Shown: positions 10,623-19,092 of the stretch, piece after piece
Layout of the letters: every line of letters starts with the position of its first letter
Numbering within the stretch: the stretch's first letter is position 1
Source of the DNA: an uncultured Flavobacteriaceae bacterium
GTDB taxonomy: Bacteria; Bacteroidota; Bacteroidia; Flavobacteriales; Flavobacteriaceae
Assembly (NCBI GenBank): GCA_963975205.1
Contig: CAXBFU010000006.1
Location: 783 to 64,782 of the forward strand
Length of the DNA stretch: 64,000 bases
Direction of reading: 5' to 3'
Notes under the pieces: model-generated
What the model saw: the letters and a program-made list of their open reading frames with translations, nothing else
Database searches by the model: none
What the model was told of the DNA's origin: nothing
Position numbers and translations under genes: made by a program

Positions 10623-12836
10623 TTAAACTCTTGATACTTTTTCTATACCATTAATTTTTTTAAGCCTGTCCATTAATTTCTTAACTAAATTGTTGTTTTT
10701 AACGACCACAGTAATTTTTCCATTAAACACACCATGGTCAGTATCAAAACTAATATTCTTCATGTTTACATGCATGTTACTGGATATTACTTTGGTAATA
10801 TCATTTACCAAACCAAGGTTATCGATGCCATTTAATTTAATAATGGCTGTAAACTCTTGTTGGGAAGAATCTATCCATTTTGCCGACATGATTCTATAGG
10901 CATAATTAGACTGTAAGCTTAGTGCATTTGGACAGTTTTTTTTATGCACTTTAATACCCTCGTTAATGGTTAAAAAACCAAAAACGGGATCACCAGGAAT
11001 TGGATTGCAGCAATTTGAGAGTTTGTAGTTAAGCTTTTCTTCTTCCTTGCCAAAAACCAACATATCGTATTTAGCAGTTATTTCATCTCTATTGATATCT
11101 TCTTTTGAAGCCGATGGTTTACGAGTAATTTTGTTTTTAATAAAACTTACTAAAGCATTACTTCTTGAAGCTGCAAAATCTTTAAGCATTTTGCTGTCAA
11201 TGGCACCAATACCAACACGGTAAAAAAGGTCAAGACTGGTTTTTAAATTAAAATAATTTACCAATTCGTTAATTGACTTTTCATTAAGCGTAATTTTGAG
11301 TTGCTTTAATTTTCGGCGTAATATTTCTTTACCATCTTCAGCAACAATTTTGGTTTCGGCTTTTAGAGATGATTTTATTTTACTTCTTGCCCTAGCAGTG
11401 GTAGCATAATCTAACCAGTTGGTATTTGGTTTGGCATTTTCCGAGGTCATGATTTCTACTTGGTCGCCACTTTTTAATTCATGGCTTAATGGTACCAACT
11501 TGCCATTTACTTTTGCGCCACGTGTTTTCATGCCGACTTCGGTGTGAATACTAAAAGCAAAATCCAAAGGTGTTGCTCCTTTTGGTAACGATTTTAGGTC
11601 ACCTGTAGGTGTAAAAACAAATATTTCCTTGGAGTATAAATTGAGTTTAAACTGTTCTACAAAATCTACAGCATTTCCATCAGGGTTTTCTAGTGCTTCT
11701 TGAAGCCTGCTAATCCATGCATCAAGTGTGTCTTCTTTTTGGTTTCCTTCTTTATATTTATAATGTGCTGCATAGCCTTTTTCGGCTATTTCGTTCATGC
11801 GTTCACTACGAATCTGTACTTCAACCCAACGTCCTTTTGGACCCATTACAGTAATATGCAAAGCTTCGTAACCTGTAGATTTTGGTGATGAAATCCAGTC
11901 GCGTAATCGAATAGGGTTGGGTCTAAAATGGTCTGTAACAATGGAATAAATTTTCCAAGCTAAGAATTTTTCATTTTCAATATCGGATTTGTAAATAATT
12001 CTAACTGCAAACTTATCGTAAACCTCATCAAAGGATACACCTTGTTTTAGCATTTTTCGACGTATGGAGAAAATAGATTTTGGTCGTCCTTTTATATCGT
12101 AGTTTAAACCTTCTTTATCTAATGAGATTTTTAAAATATTGCTAATCTCCTTGATGTAAGCATCTTGTTGCTCTTTGCTTTCTCTTATTTTAAGTAAAAT
12201 ATCGTTGTACACTTCTGGTTCGGTGTACTTTAAACCAAGGTCTTCAAGTTCGGTTTTAATATTATATAGGCCTATTCTATGCGCTAATGGTGCATAAATG
12301 TAAAGCGTTTCTGAAGCAATTTTTACTTGTTTGTCTTGACGCATGGATTCCATGGTTTGCATATTATGCAATCTATCGGCAATTTTAATGATGATTACAC
12401 GAACGTCGTCATTTAAGGTAAGTAGCATTTTACGAAAATTCTCTGCTTGCATGGAGACGTTCATGTCCTTTTTTAATGAGGATATTTTAGTAAGGCCATC
12501 AACAATTTTAGCAACTGCATCACCAAACATTTGCTGAATATCGTCTATGGTGTAATTGGGATTGTCTTCGACTACATCATGAAGCAATGCCGCAGCAATA
12601 GACGTAGCATCCAAGCCAATTTCCTGGGCAACAATTTTTGCCACAGCCAATGGGTGGAAAATATAAGCTTCTCCCGATTTTCTACGTTGGTCTTTGTGAG
12701 CATCAAGAGCTATTTCAAAAGCACTTCTAATAAGTGTTTTATCCTCTTTTGAAAGCGTCCTGTAACTAACTTTTAGAAGTTCTTTGTAGGCTTTGGCAAT
12801 AGCTGCATTTTCTTTTTCTATCTCTACATCTGTCAT
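10623..12836 (-). CDS. bifunctional RelA/SpoT-family (p)ppGpp synthetase/hydrolase
   Basis: 737 aa. Has the HD hydrolase motif (HPLAVAKIV ... LLHDVVED), a synthetase core (YRVRIIYKS-like region, GYEALHITV), a TGS region (VFTPTGDLKSLPKGATPLDFAF) and a C-terminal ACT-like domain. Confidence 0.95.
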   Translation of the reverse strand: MTDVEIEKENAAIAKAYKELLKVSYRTLSKEDKTLIRSAFEIALDAHKDQRRKSGEAYIFHPLAVAKIVAQEIGLDATSIAAALLHDVVEDNPNYTIDDIQQMFGDAVAKIVDGLTKISSLKKDMNVSMQAENFRKMLLTLNDDVRVIIIKIADRLHNMQTMESMRQDKQVKIASETLYIYAPLAHRIGLYNIKTELEDLGLKYTEPEVYNDILLKIRESKEQQDAYIKEISNILKISLDKEGLNYDIKGRPKSIFSIRRKMLKQGVSFDEVYDKFAVRIIYKSDIENEKFLAWKIYSIVTDHFRPNPIRLRDWISSPKSTGYEALHITVMGPKGRWVEVQIRSERMNEIAEKGYAAHYKYKEGNQKEDTLDAWISRLQEALENPDGNAVDFVEQFKLNLYSKEIFVFTPTGDLKSLPKGATPLDFAFSIHTEVGMKTRGAKVNGKLVPLSHELKSGDQVEIMTSENAKPNTNWLDYATTARARSKIKSSLKAETKIVAEDGKEILRRKLKQLKITLNEKSINELVNYFNLKTSLDLFYRVGIGAIDSKMLKDFAASRSNALVSFIKNKITRKPSASKEDINRDEITAKYDMLVFGKEEEKLNYKLSNCCNPIPGDPVFGFLTINEGIKVHKKNCPNALSLQSNYAYRIMSAKWIDSSQQEFTAIIKLNGIDNLGLVNDITKVISSNMHVNMKNISFDTDHGVFNGKITVVVKNNNLVKKLMDRLKKINGIEKVSRV

Positions 12837-12912
12837 AGATTAAAAATAGCATAAAGTAAATTAATGAGCAATAGGTTTTTAGGATTTAATTTTTTATTTG
12901 TAAATTAATAAG

Positions 12913-13053
12913 ATGAATTTACCAGATGAATTTTATCAAATAATTATCCTAGTCATAGTTATTGGTGTTGCTATGACTTTAGTGGATTACTTAACAAAAA
13001 GTAGTAGAAAGTTCCGAAGGCGAAGAAATAAAAAGGCAAGAAAGCAGTTTTAA
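12913..13053 (+). CDS. hypothetical 46-aa single-pass membrane peptide
   Basis: ATG 12913 to TAA 13051-13053, below the track cutoff and translated by hand: MNLPDEFYQIIILVIVIGVAMTLVDYLTKSSRKFRRRRNKKARKQF. It has one hydrophobic helix and a strongly basic tail. It lies in the only sizeable gap (12837-13116), divergent from rel/spoT. Confidence 0.25.
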   Translation: MNLPDEFYQIIILVIVIGVAMTLVDYLTKSSRKFRRRRNKKARKQF

Positions 13054-13116
13054 CTGAAGGTTATGGACTGTTAAACGAAGCTGGCAGTTATTTTTAACAA
13101 AATCAATTTACAAATT

Positions 13117-14283
13117 CTATTTAAAATTGCCAGAACTTAATTCAGTAATCAGCTTATCCATCATTTCCATGCCTTTTACCAATTCATCTTTTGCAATAAA
13201 CTCATTAGCTCTATGTGCTTGTGCTATAGATCCTGGACCACAAATGGCAGATTGAAAGCCTTCAGCAGCATACTGTCCTGCTTCGGCAGCGTAAGATACT
13301 GTGTTAAGTTTTGAGTTGCCCGAAATACGTTTAACCAAATCAACGACATCATCAGTTTCTTTGGTATTTAAATGTATTACAGGAGGATGATTTTCAATGG
13401 TTTTAATTTCGAAACCAGGAAATATTTTTTGTAGTTCTTGTTCACGTTCGCGACAATAGGCTTCAAATTCAGAAACAATGGTTTTAGTATTATCCATTGG
13501 AATGGTACGCAAATCCCAATAAAAATGGGCTTTATCTGCAATAACATTTGGTGCAATACCACCATTTACCAAACCTATATGAATAGAAGAGTGAGGTGGA
13601 TGGAAGCGTTCGTCCAATCGTTTATCGTCTATGAGTTGATTCATTTTGTTTTCCAACCATAAAATGAGACGCATGGCTTCGTGTATGGCACTTACTTCTT
13701 GTTTGATTCTGCTACTATGTCCAGCAGAACCATTTACATAAGTTTCCAGAATATAAATTCCTTTTTGTCCAACAATAGGTTCCATGAGCGAAGGCTCACC
13801 AATAATAGCATATTTGGGTGTTTCAGTGTAATGTGTTTTTATGGCTTGAGCTAATTCTGGACCAGCCAAACAGCCTACTTCTTCATCATAAGAAAAGGCA
13901 AAATAGATGGGTTTTTTTAAATCGGCTTTTACCATGTTTGGTAATGCAGCCAAACAACATGCCACAAAGCCTTTCATATCGCAAGAGCCTCTTCCGTAGA
14001 GTTTGCCGTCGCCTTTATCAGTGAGTTTAAAAGGGTCTGTTGTCCATTCTTGACCTTTAACAGGAACAACATCTGTATGACCAGAGAGAATCACGCCTCC
14101 ATCAGCTTCAGGCCCAATTCTACAATGTAGTGAGGCTTTATTTTCTTCTACATTTGGAACTAAAGTTGTTGTGATTCCATAAGATTCAACATACTCTTTA
14201 ATCCAAGTAATAATACTCATATTGCTTTCGCCACCAAGTACTGGAAAGGATACAAGTTTTGCTAAAATTTCTTCTACTGTCAT
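13117..14283 (-). CDS. M20 family metallohydrolase, acetylornithine deacetylase (ArgE)-like
   Basis: 388 aa. Has SGHTDVVPV, GRGSCDMKGF and YDEEVGC motifs. Confidence 0.8.
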   Translation of the reverse strand: MTVEEILAKLVSFPVLGGESNMSIITWIKEYVESYGITTTLVPNVEENKASLHCRIGPEADGGVILSGHTDVVPVKGQEWTTDPFKLTDKGDGKLYGRGSCDMKGFVACCLAALPNMVKADLKKPIYFAFSYDEEVGCLAGPELAQAIKTHYTETPKYAIIGEPSLMEPIVGQKGIYILETYVNGSAGHSSRIKQEVSAIHEAMRLILWLENKMNQLIDDKRLDERFHPPHSSIHIGLVNGGIAPNVIADKAHFYWDLRTIPMDNTKTIVSEFEAYCREREQELQKIFPGFEIKTIENHPPVIHLNTKETDDVVDLVKRISGNSKLNTVSYAAEAGQYAAEGFQSAICGPGSIAQAHRANEFIAKDELVKGMEMMDKLITELSSGNFK

Positions 14284-14284
14284 A

Positions 14285-15688
14285 TTAACTATAGTTTGTT
14301 GCTACTGCAATAATGAGTGCTAAAAATGCAATAATCATTAAAGTGATTAATACTGGAAATATAAACCGAATCCATCTGTCGATTGGGACACGACACATGC
14401 TTAACATGGCAATAAGTCCACCTAAAGTTGGATTGATTAAATTGGATAGACCATCACCAATTTGAAATGCTAAAATGGTGATTTGTCGTGTTAAACCGAG
14501 TGATTCTCCCAGAGGAAGCATCACAGGTAATGTTGCCAAAGCTTGACCACTTCCTGACGGAATAAAAAAGTTGATAACGGTTTGTGAGACAGACATGCTT
14601 ATTGCTGAAGCGTACAAAGGTAAATCTTGTAGCATCACAGACAGGTTATATGAAATGGTATCACCAATATTTCCCATTTCCATAAGTACTTTTATAGACG
14701 TTGCATAACCAACCATAAAAGCTCCAGGAGCTGCGACAGATACTGCTTTTAAAACGGTTTCGCTCATGGTTGTGGCATCCATTCTGGATACAATACCGCA
14801 AAGTAGAGCAATCATTAAAAATACTGCAGATAGTTCGTTGAGGTACCATTTAAGGTTAAAAACACCATAAAGAATTACCAAAAGACCAAAAATAAATATT
14901 GAAATAACCAACCAGTTATTTCCTGTTACATTATAATCTTTAATCGGTTTTGACAAAGACATATTACTAGTATCCAGACCTTTGCCAAGGCTTTTTTCAG
15001 GATGTTTTGTTATTTTTTTAAAGTACCACACATTATAATATGCCATAATGCTCAAGCCAATAAAACTCAGCACACTTCGTAGCAAAGCTCCTGAAAACAT
15101 TGGTAGTTCTGCTATTTTATGTCCAGTTCCAACTGTATATGGATTAATAGGTGAGAGCCCAAAACCAATGGTCATGGCACCAACCGAAATTCCTGCTGCC
15201 AAAATTAAATCACCACCAAGAGCTAAACTGAGTACTGCTGCAATAGGAACCATTGCGATATTGTTTTCATAACCAACGGCAACACCAAGTAACCCATAAA
15301 TAAAGGTCATGATGACAATAATTAGGTTTTTGTTTTTTAAACCTAAATTTTTAACAATTGTGCCTACAGAATTTTCAACGGCTTTGGATTTTTCCATAAA
15401 ACCAAACATGATAGCTCCAGCAAGTACAATAAAAATAATTTCAACAGCAGCTTTAAAGCCTAAAGGAATCGCTTTAAACATGTCCAATAATCCTATTGGA
15501 GTAGAATCTATAACACTATATGAGTTTGGTACTACGGCTTTTCTTCCATCCACTAGAATGCGTTCGTAAGTTCCAGCTGGAAGTATGTAGGTGAGAATTG
15601 TGACTAAAATGATAATACCAAACAACATGGTTACTGCATGCGGAATACGTTTGTACCATGGTTTGTTTTCAAGATTGATTTCGCTCAT
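14285..15688 (-). CDS. YfcC/DcuC-type anion transporter family membrane protein
   Basis: 467 aa with about 12 hydrophobic segments. The N-terminal KRIPHAVTMLFGIIILV start is typical of the YfcC family. It ends 1 nt before the M20 gene start. Confidence 0.7.
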   Translation of the reverse strand: MSEINLENKPWYKRIPHAVTMLFGIIILVTILTYILPAGTYERILVDGRKAVVPNSYSVIDSTPIGLLDMFKAIPLGFKAAVEIIFIVLAGAIMFGFMEKSKAVENSVGTIVKNLGLKNKNLIIVIMTFIYGLLGVAVGYENNIAMVPIAAVLSLALGGDLILAAGISVGAMTIGFGLSPINPYTVGTGHKIAELPMFSGALLRSVLSFIGLSIMAYYNVWYFKKITKHPEKSLGKGLDTSNMSLSKPIKDYNVTGNNWLVISIFIFGLLVILYGVFNLKWYLNELSAVFLMIALLCGIVSRMDATTMSETVLKAVSVAAPGAFMVGYATSIKVLMEMGNIGDTISYNLSVMLQDLPLYASAISMSVSQTVINFFIPSGSGQALATLPVMLPLGESLGLTRQITILAFQIGDGLSNLINPTLGGLIAMLSMCRVPIDRWIRFIFPVLITLMIIAFLALIIAVATNYS

Positions 15689-15725
15689 TCAAAAAAATAA
15701 AAAGCCTAAGATAGCCTTTATTTTT

Positions 15726-16958
15726 TTAAGACCTTAAATTCTTAATTCGTTGTAACAATGTTGGATGCGAATAGTGCATAAAAACATAAGTAGGATGAGG
15801 TGTTAAATTGCTTAAACTGTTTTTTGATAATTTTTTGAGTGATGTTATTAATGGCTCACCAGCATAAGTATCTTTAGCGTAATTATCTGCTTGATACTCA
15901 AATTTTCTAGATAAGTAATTCATGATTAAACCTGTAATCTCACTAATAGGACTGTACAATAATCCGAAAGCAATAAGACCAATATGAAAACTAGGAATCT
16001 CCACACCTAAAGCATTAGATAATATTGGATTTGAAATAAGAAGCGAGAGAATATAAAGCGTCAAACCAGTTAGCAAAATTGAGGCAGAAAGGTTAAAGAT
16101 AATGTGTTTGCGTTTATAATGACCTACTTCGTGAGCTAACACAGCGACAATCTCTTCATCGTTTAAATCTTTAATCAATGTGTCGTAAAGGGTTACACGT
16201 TTTTCGCTACCAAATCCTGAAAAATACGCATTGGCTTTTGTGCTACGTTTAGAGCCATCAATAACAAATATTTTATTGAGTTTAAAACCAACAGTTTTTG
16301 CGTAAGCAGAAATTTTATTTCGTAAATCACCTTCTTCTAAAGGTGTTTGTTTGTTGAATAAAGGCACAATAAGTTTTGAGTAAAACATATTCATAAATAT
16401 TGAAAACACAGCTACTAAAGCCCAAGCGTACAACCAAAAATTACTTCCAGTTGCTTCATAAAACCAAATGATGAGTGCTAAGATTCCGCCTCCAAGAATG
16501 ACTAGCATAAGCCAACCTTTAATCTTATCAAGAATAAACGTTTTGGTAGTTGTTTTGTTAAAACCAAACTTTTCTTCAATCACAAAAGTTTTGTAGTAAG
16601 CAAATGGTGTTGTTATAATATCAGTCGCCAACATAATGATTCCGAAGAAAATAAGTGCTATAACAATGTTGTTGTCACTATAACTTCTTGCGATATTATC
16701 CACATATTCAAAGCCATCAAAATAGAAAAAACCAAGTGTTAATACCAATGAAAATAATGACGTGATATTAGAAAATTTATGATTAGTGGCTTTGTATAAT
16801 TGTGATTTTTTGTATTCATCTTCATCATAAACATCTTGTAATTCAAGAGGTAATTCGTCATTAAAGTGTTTTGCATTAAGTGAACCTAAAATTTTGTCAA
16901 TTATAAAATTAACAATGATAATTCCGATGATGATATAAAAAAGTGTAATAGAAGTCAT
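15726..16958 (-). CDS. M48 family (Ste24/HtpX-like) zinc metalloprotease
   Basis: 410 aa and multi-pass. Has the HEVGHYKRKH HExxH motif and a C-terminal FMHYSHPTLLQR motif. Confidence 0.85.
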   Translation of the reverse strand: MTSITLFYIIIGIIIVNFIIDKILGSLNAKHFNDELPLELQDVYDEDEYKKSQLYKATNHKFSNITSLFSLVLTLGFFYFDGFEYVDNIARSYSDNNIVIALIFFGIIMLATDIITTPFAYYKTFVIEEKFGFNKTTTKTFILDKIKGWLMLVILGGGILALIIWFYEATGSNFWLYAWALVAVFSIFMNMFYSKLIVPLFNKQTPLEEGDLRNKISAYAKTVGFKLNKIFVIDGSKRSTKANAYFSGFGSEKRVTLYDTLIKDLNDEEIVAVLAHEVGHYKRKHIIFNLSASILLTGLTLYILSLLISNPILSNALGVEIPSFHIGLIAFGLLYSPISEITGLIMNYLSRKFEYQADNYAKDTYAGEPLITSLKKLSKNSLSNLTPHPTYVFMHYSHPTLLQRIKNLRS

Positions 16959-16993
16959 TTTAGTTTTATTTAAGGCTAAAATAAAAAGTATTT

Positions 16994-17370
16994 GTCACAC
17001 TGAGCGCAGTCGAAGTGCTTATTTAACAAAGTATTTAAAGTGCGATGCATTTCTACATTCTGCTAGTATTTGAAGCATATCAAAATCGCCATTAATTAAG
17101 GCTTCTTTTTTTGACCTTGTCCATTTTTTAATTTTCTTTTCAAAATAAATTGCTAGTAAAACATCATTAAAAATTTGTTGAAATTTTAATTCTAATGGTC
17201 TTCTTTTTAAAGTGTAACAGTCACGATTTTTTTCAAATTTGTGTTCATTTAGACGTTTGTCTAAGTTGTTTGTAATTCCTTTGTAATAGGAATTGTCTGA
17301 GCATTTTAGTATGTAAACAAAGTAAGAAAACATTTAGGTTTTTAGAGTCTTCGACTGCGCTCAGACGGAC
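16994..17370 (-). mobile_element. GIY-YIG gene cassette bracketed by a perfect 16-bp inverted repeat
   Basis: CTGAGCGCAGTCGAAG at 17000-17015 is the exact reverse complement of CTTCGACTGCGCTCAG at 17349-17364. The repeats lie 3 and 15 nt outside the ORF ends. They are notably GC-rich relative to the surrounding DNA. Confidence 0.5.
17019..17333 (-). CDS. GIY-YIG nuclease family protein
   Basis: 104 aa. The N-terminus is FVYILKCSDNSYYKGITNNLDKRLNEHK (GIY...YxG...R...H/E pattern). Confidence 0.85.
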   Translation of the reverse strand: MFSYFVYILKCSDNSYYKGITNNLDKRLNEHKFEKNRDCYTLKRRPLELKFQQIFNDVLLAIYFEKKIKKWTRSKKEALINGDFDMLQILAECRNASHFKYFVK

Positions 17371-17378
17371 ATTCATTA

Positions 17379-18185
17379 TTAATTAAAACCACGTTGTCGT
17401 TTAGCTTCAAAAATCAAAATTCCAGCAGCTACAGACACGTTCATGGAATCAATTTGTCCTTGCATTGGAATGATAATATTTTGCGTTGAATGCTGCAACC
17501 ACTCATCGCTAAGTCCAGTTGCTTCAGTGCCAACAACAATAGCTGTTGGTTTTGTATAATCTTGTGTGTGATAATCTACCGAAGCTTGCAATGCAGCACA
17601 ATAGATGTTAATGTTGTTTTCTTTTAAAAAATCAATAACCTCATTAGTTGAGCCAGTTGCAATCTGGTTGGTAAACACACAACCAACACTAGAGCGAATA
17701 ATATTTGGGTTGTACATGTCTGTTTTTGGGTTTGCAATAATCACTGCATCAATATTTGCAGCATCAGCAGTACGTAATAAAGCACCAATATTTCCTGGTT
17801 TTTCAGGAGCTTCAGCAATGAGGATTAAAGGGTTTTCAGTATCAATATTAAGGTTGCTAAGCTCTAAAGATTTTGTCTTAGCTACAGCCAAAACACCTTC
17901 TGTTGTTTCACGATGTGCTAGTTTTTGGTAAACCTCCTTCGAAATTGAAATAATTTCGGGATGATTTATTAATTCGTTTAGTTGTTTATTTAACTCTTCT
18001 TCTGAAAAAAGTTTAGGATAATACAAAATGGTTTCTAACTCGTAGTTTCCTTTTAATGCTAATTCAATTTCACGTTGCCCTTCAATAAGGAACTGACCAG
18101 AGTTCTTACGATTTCTGGATTTTTCTTTTAACTGAACCAGTTCTTTAATAAATGAATTTTGTACGCTTGAAATTTGCTTTACCAT
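17379..18185 (-). CDS. TrmH/SpoU family RNA 2'-O-methyltransferase
   Basis: 268 aa. Has PGNIGALLRTADAANIDAVII, IVVGTEATGLS and SMNVSVAAGILIFE SPOUT motifs. Confidence 0.85.
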   Translation of the reverse strand: MVKQISSVQNSFIKELVQLKEKSRNRKNSGQFLIEGQREIELALKGNYELETILYYPKLFSEEELNKQLNELINHPEIISISKEVYQKLAHRETTEGVLAVAKTKSLELSNLNIDTENPLILIAEAPEKPGNIGALLRTADAANIDAVIIANPKTDMYNPNIIRSSVGCVFTNQIATGSTNEVIDFLKENNINIYCAALQASVDYHTQDYTKPTAIVVGTEATGLSDEWLQHSTQNIIIPMQGQIDSMNVSVAAGILIFEAKRQRGFN

Positions 18186-18259
18186 TATCGCAAAAATAAA
18201 TAATAAAAGTAATTAAGTACCTTAGTAAACGACAAAGCTTTCAACTAAAATCACTAAAA

Positions 18260-19048
18260 ATGAAAAAACCACTCATTATCGCTTTAAGTCTTATCGCTTT
18301 TATTTCTTGTAAAGAAGAATCAAAAACAATCAATTATAAAGGTGCTGAACTGAATATAAGTACTACAATTTATCCTGAAACAGTAACCAAAATACTTGAT
18401 GCTCATGGAGGTATTGATGCTTGGAATACTTTTGAAACCCTATATTATGAAATAGAGAAACCTAAGGTTAACGAGAAGTATAATGTCGCTTTAAAAAGCC
18501 GAAAATCACTTATTGATTATGAGCATCACCAATTAGGATTTGATGGCGAAAATGTTTGGCTAAAAAATCTGGATACAGTGCAGTACAAGTCCAATCCAAA
18601 GTTTTACTATAACCTAATGTTTTACTTTTATGCCATGCCTTTTGTACTTGGTGATAATGGTATTAACTACGGAAAAGCAGAAGCTATGGAATTTGAAGGA
18701 GAAACATATCATGGACTTTCTATTTCTTATGAGGCTGGAATTGGAGAATCTCCAGAAGATGAATACATCTTGTACTATAACCCTAAAACCTTTAAGATGG
18801 AGTGGTTGGGTTATACAGTGACTTATTTTTCAAAAGAAAAAGGCAAGGAGTTTCATTTTATAAAGTATAGTGATTGGCAAGATGTTGAGGGCTTATTATT
18901 GCCTAAAACTTTAACCTGGTATAACTACGAAAACAATATGCCAACGACGTTTAGAAACAATGTCAATTTTTTAAATGTAAAATTATCAAAAGAATTGCCT
19001 AATATGGATATGTTTAAGGTTCCTGATAGTACAATGATTGTAAAATAA
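18260..19048 (+). CDS. lipoprotein of unknown function
   Basis: 262 aa. Has a signal peptide with lipobox (LSLIAFISC|KEE). I recognise no catalytic motif. Confidence 0.5.
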   Translation: MKKPLIIALSLIAFISCKEESKTINYKGAELNISTTIYPETVTKILDAHGGIDAWNTFETLYYEIEKPKVNEKYNVALKSRKSLIDYEHHQLGFDGENVWLKNLDTVQYKSNPKFYYNLMFYFYAMPFVLGDNGINYGKAEAMEFEGETYHGLSISYEAGIGESPEDEYILYYNPKTFKMEWLGYTVTYFSKEKGKEFHFIKYSDWQDVEGLLLPKTLTWYNYENNMPTTFRNNVNFLNVKLSKELPNMDMFKVPDSTMIVK

Positions 19049-19079
19049 AAAAGCGAGCCATTTGGCTCGCTTTTTTTTC
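19047..19079. terminator. bidirectional rho-independent terminator
   Basis: aaaaa-AGCGAGCC-attt-GGCTCGCT-tttttttt. It has a perfect 8-bp GC-rich stem flanked by an A-run and a T-run. It sits between convergent genes. Confidence 0.8.
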
Positions 19080-19092
19080 AAAGAATAAGGTT

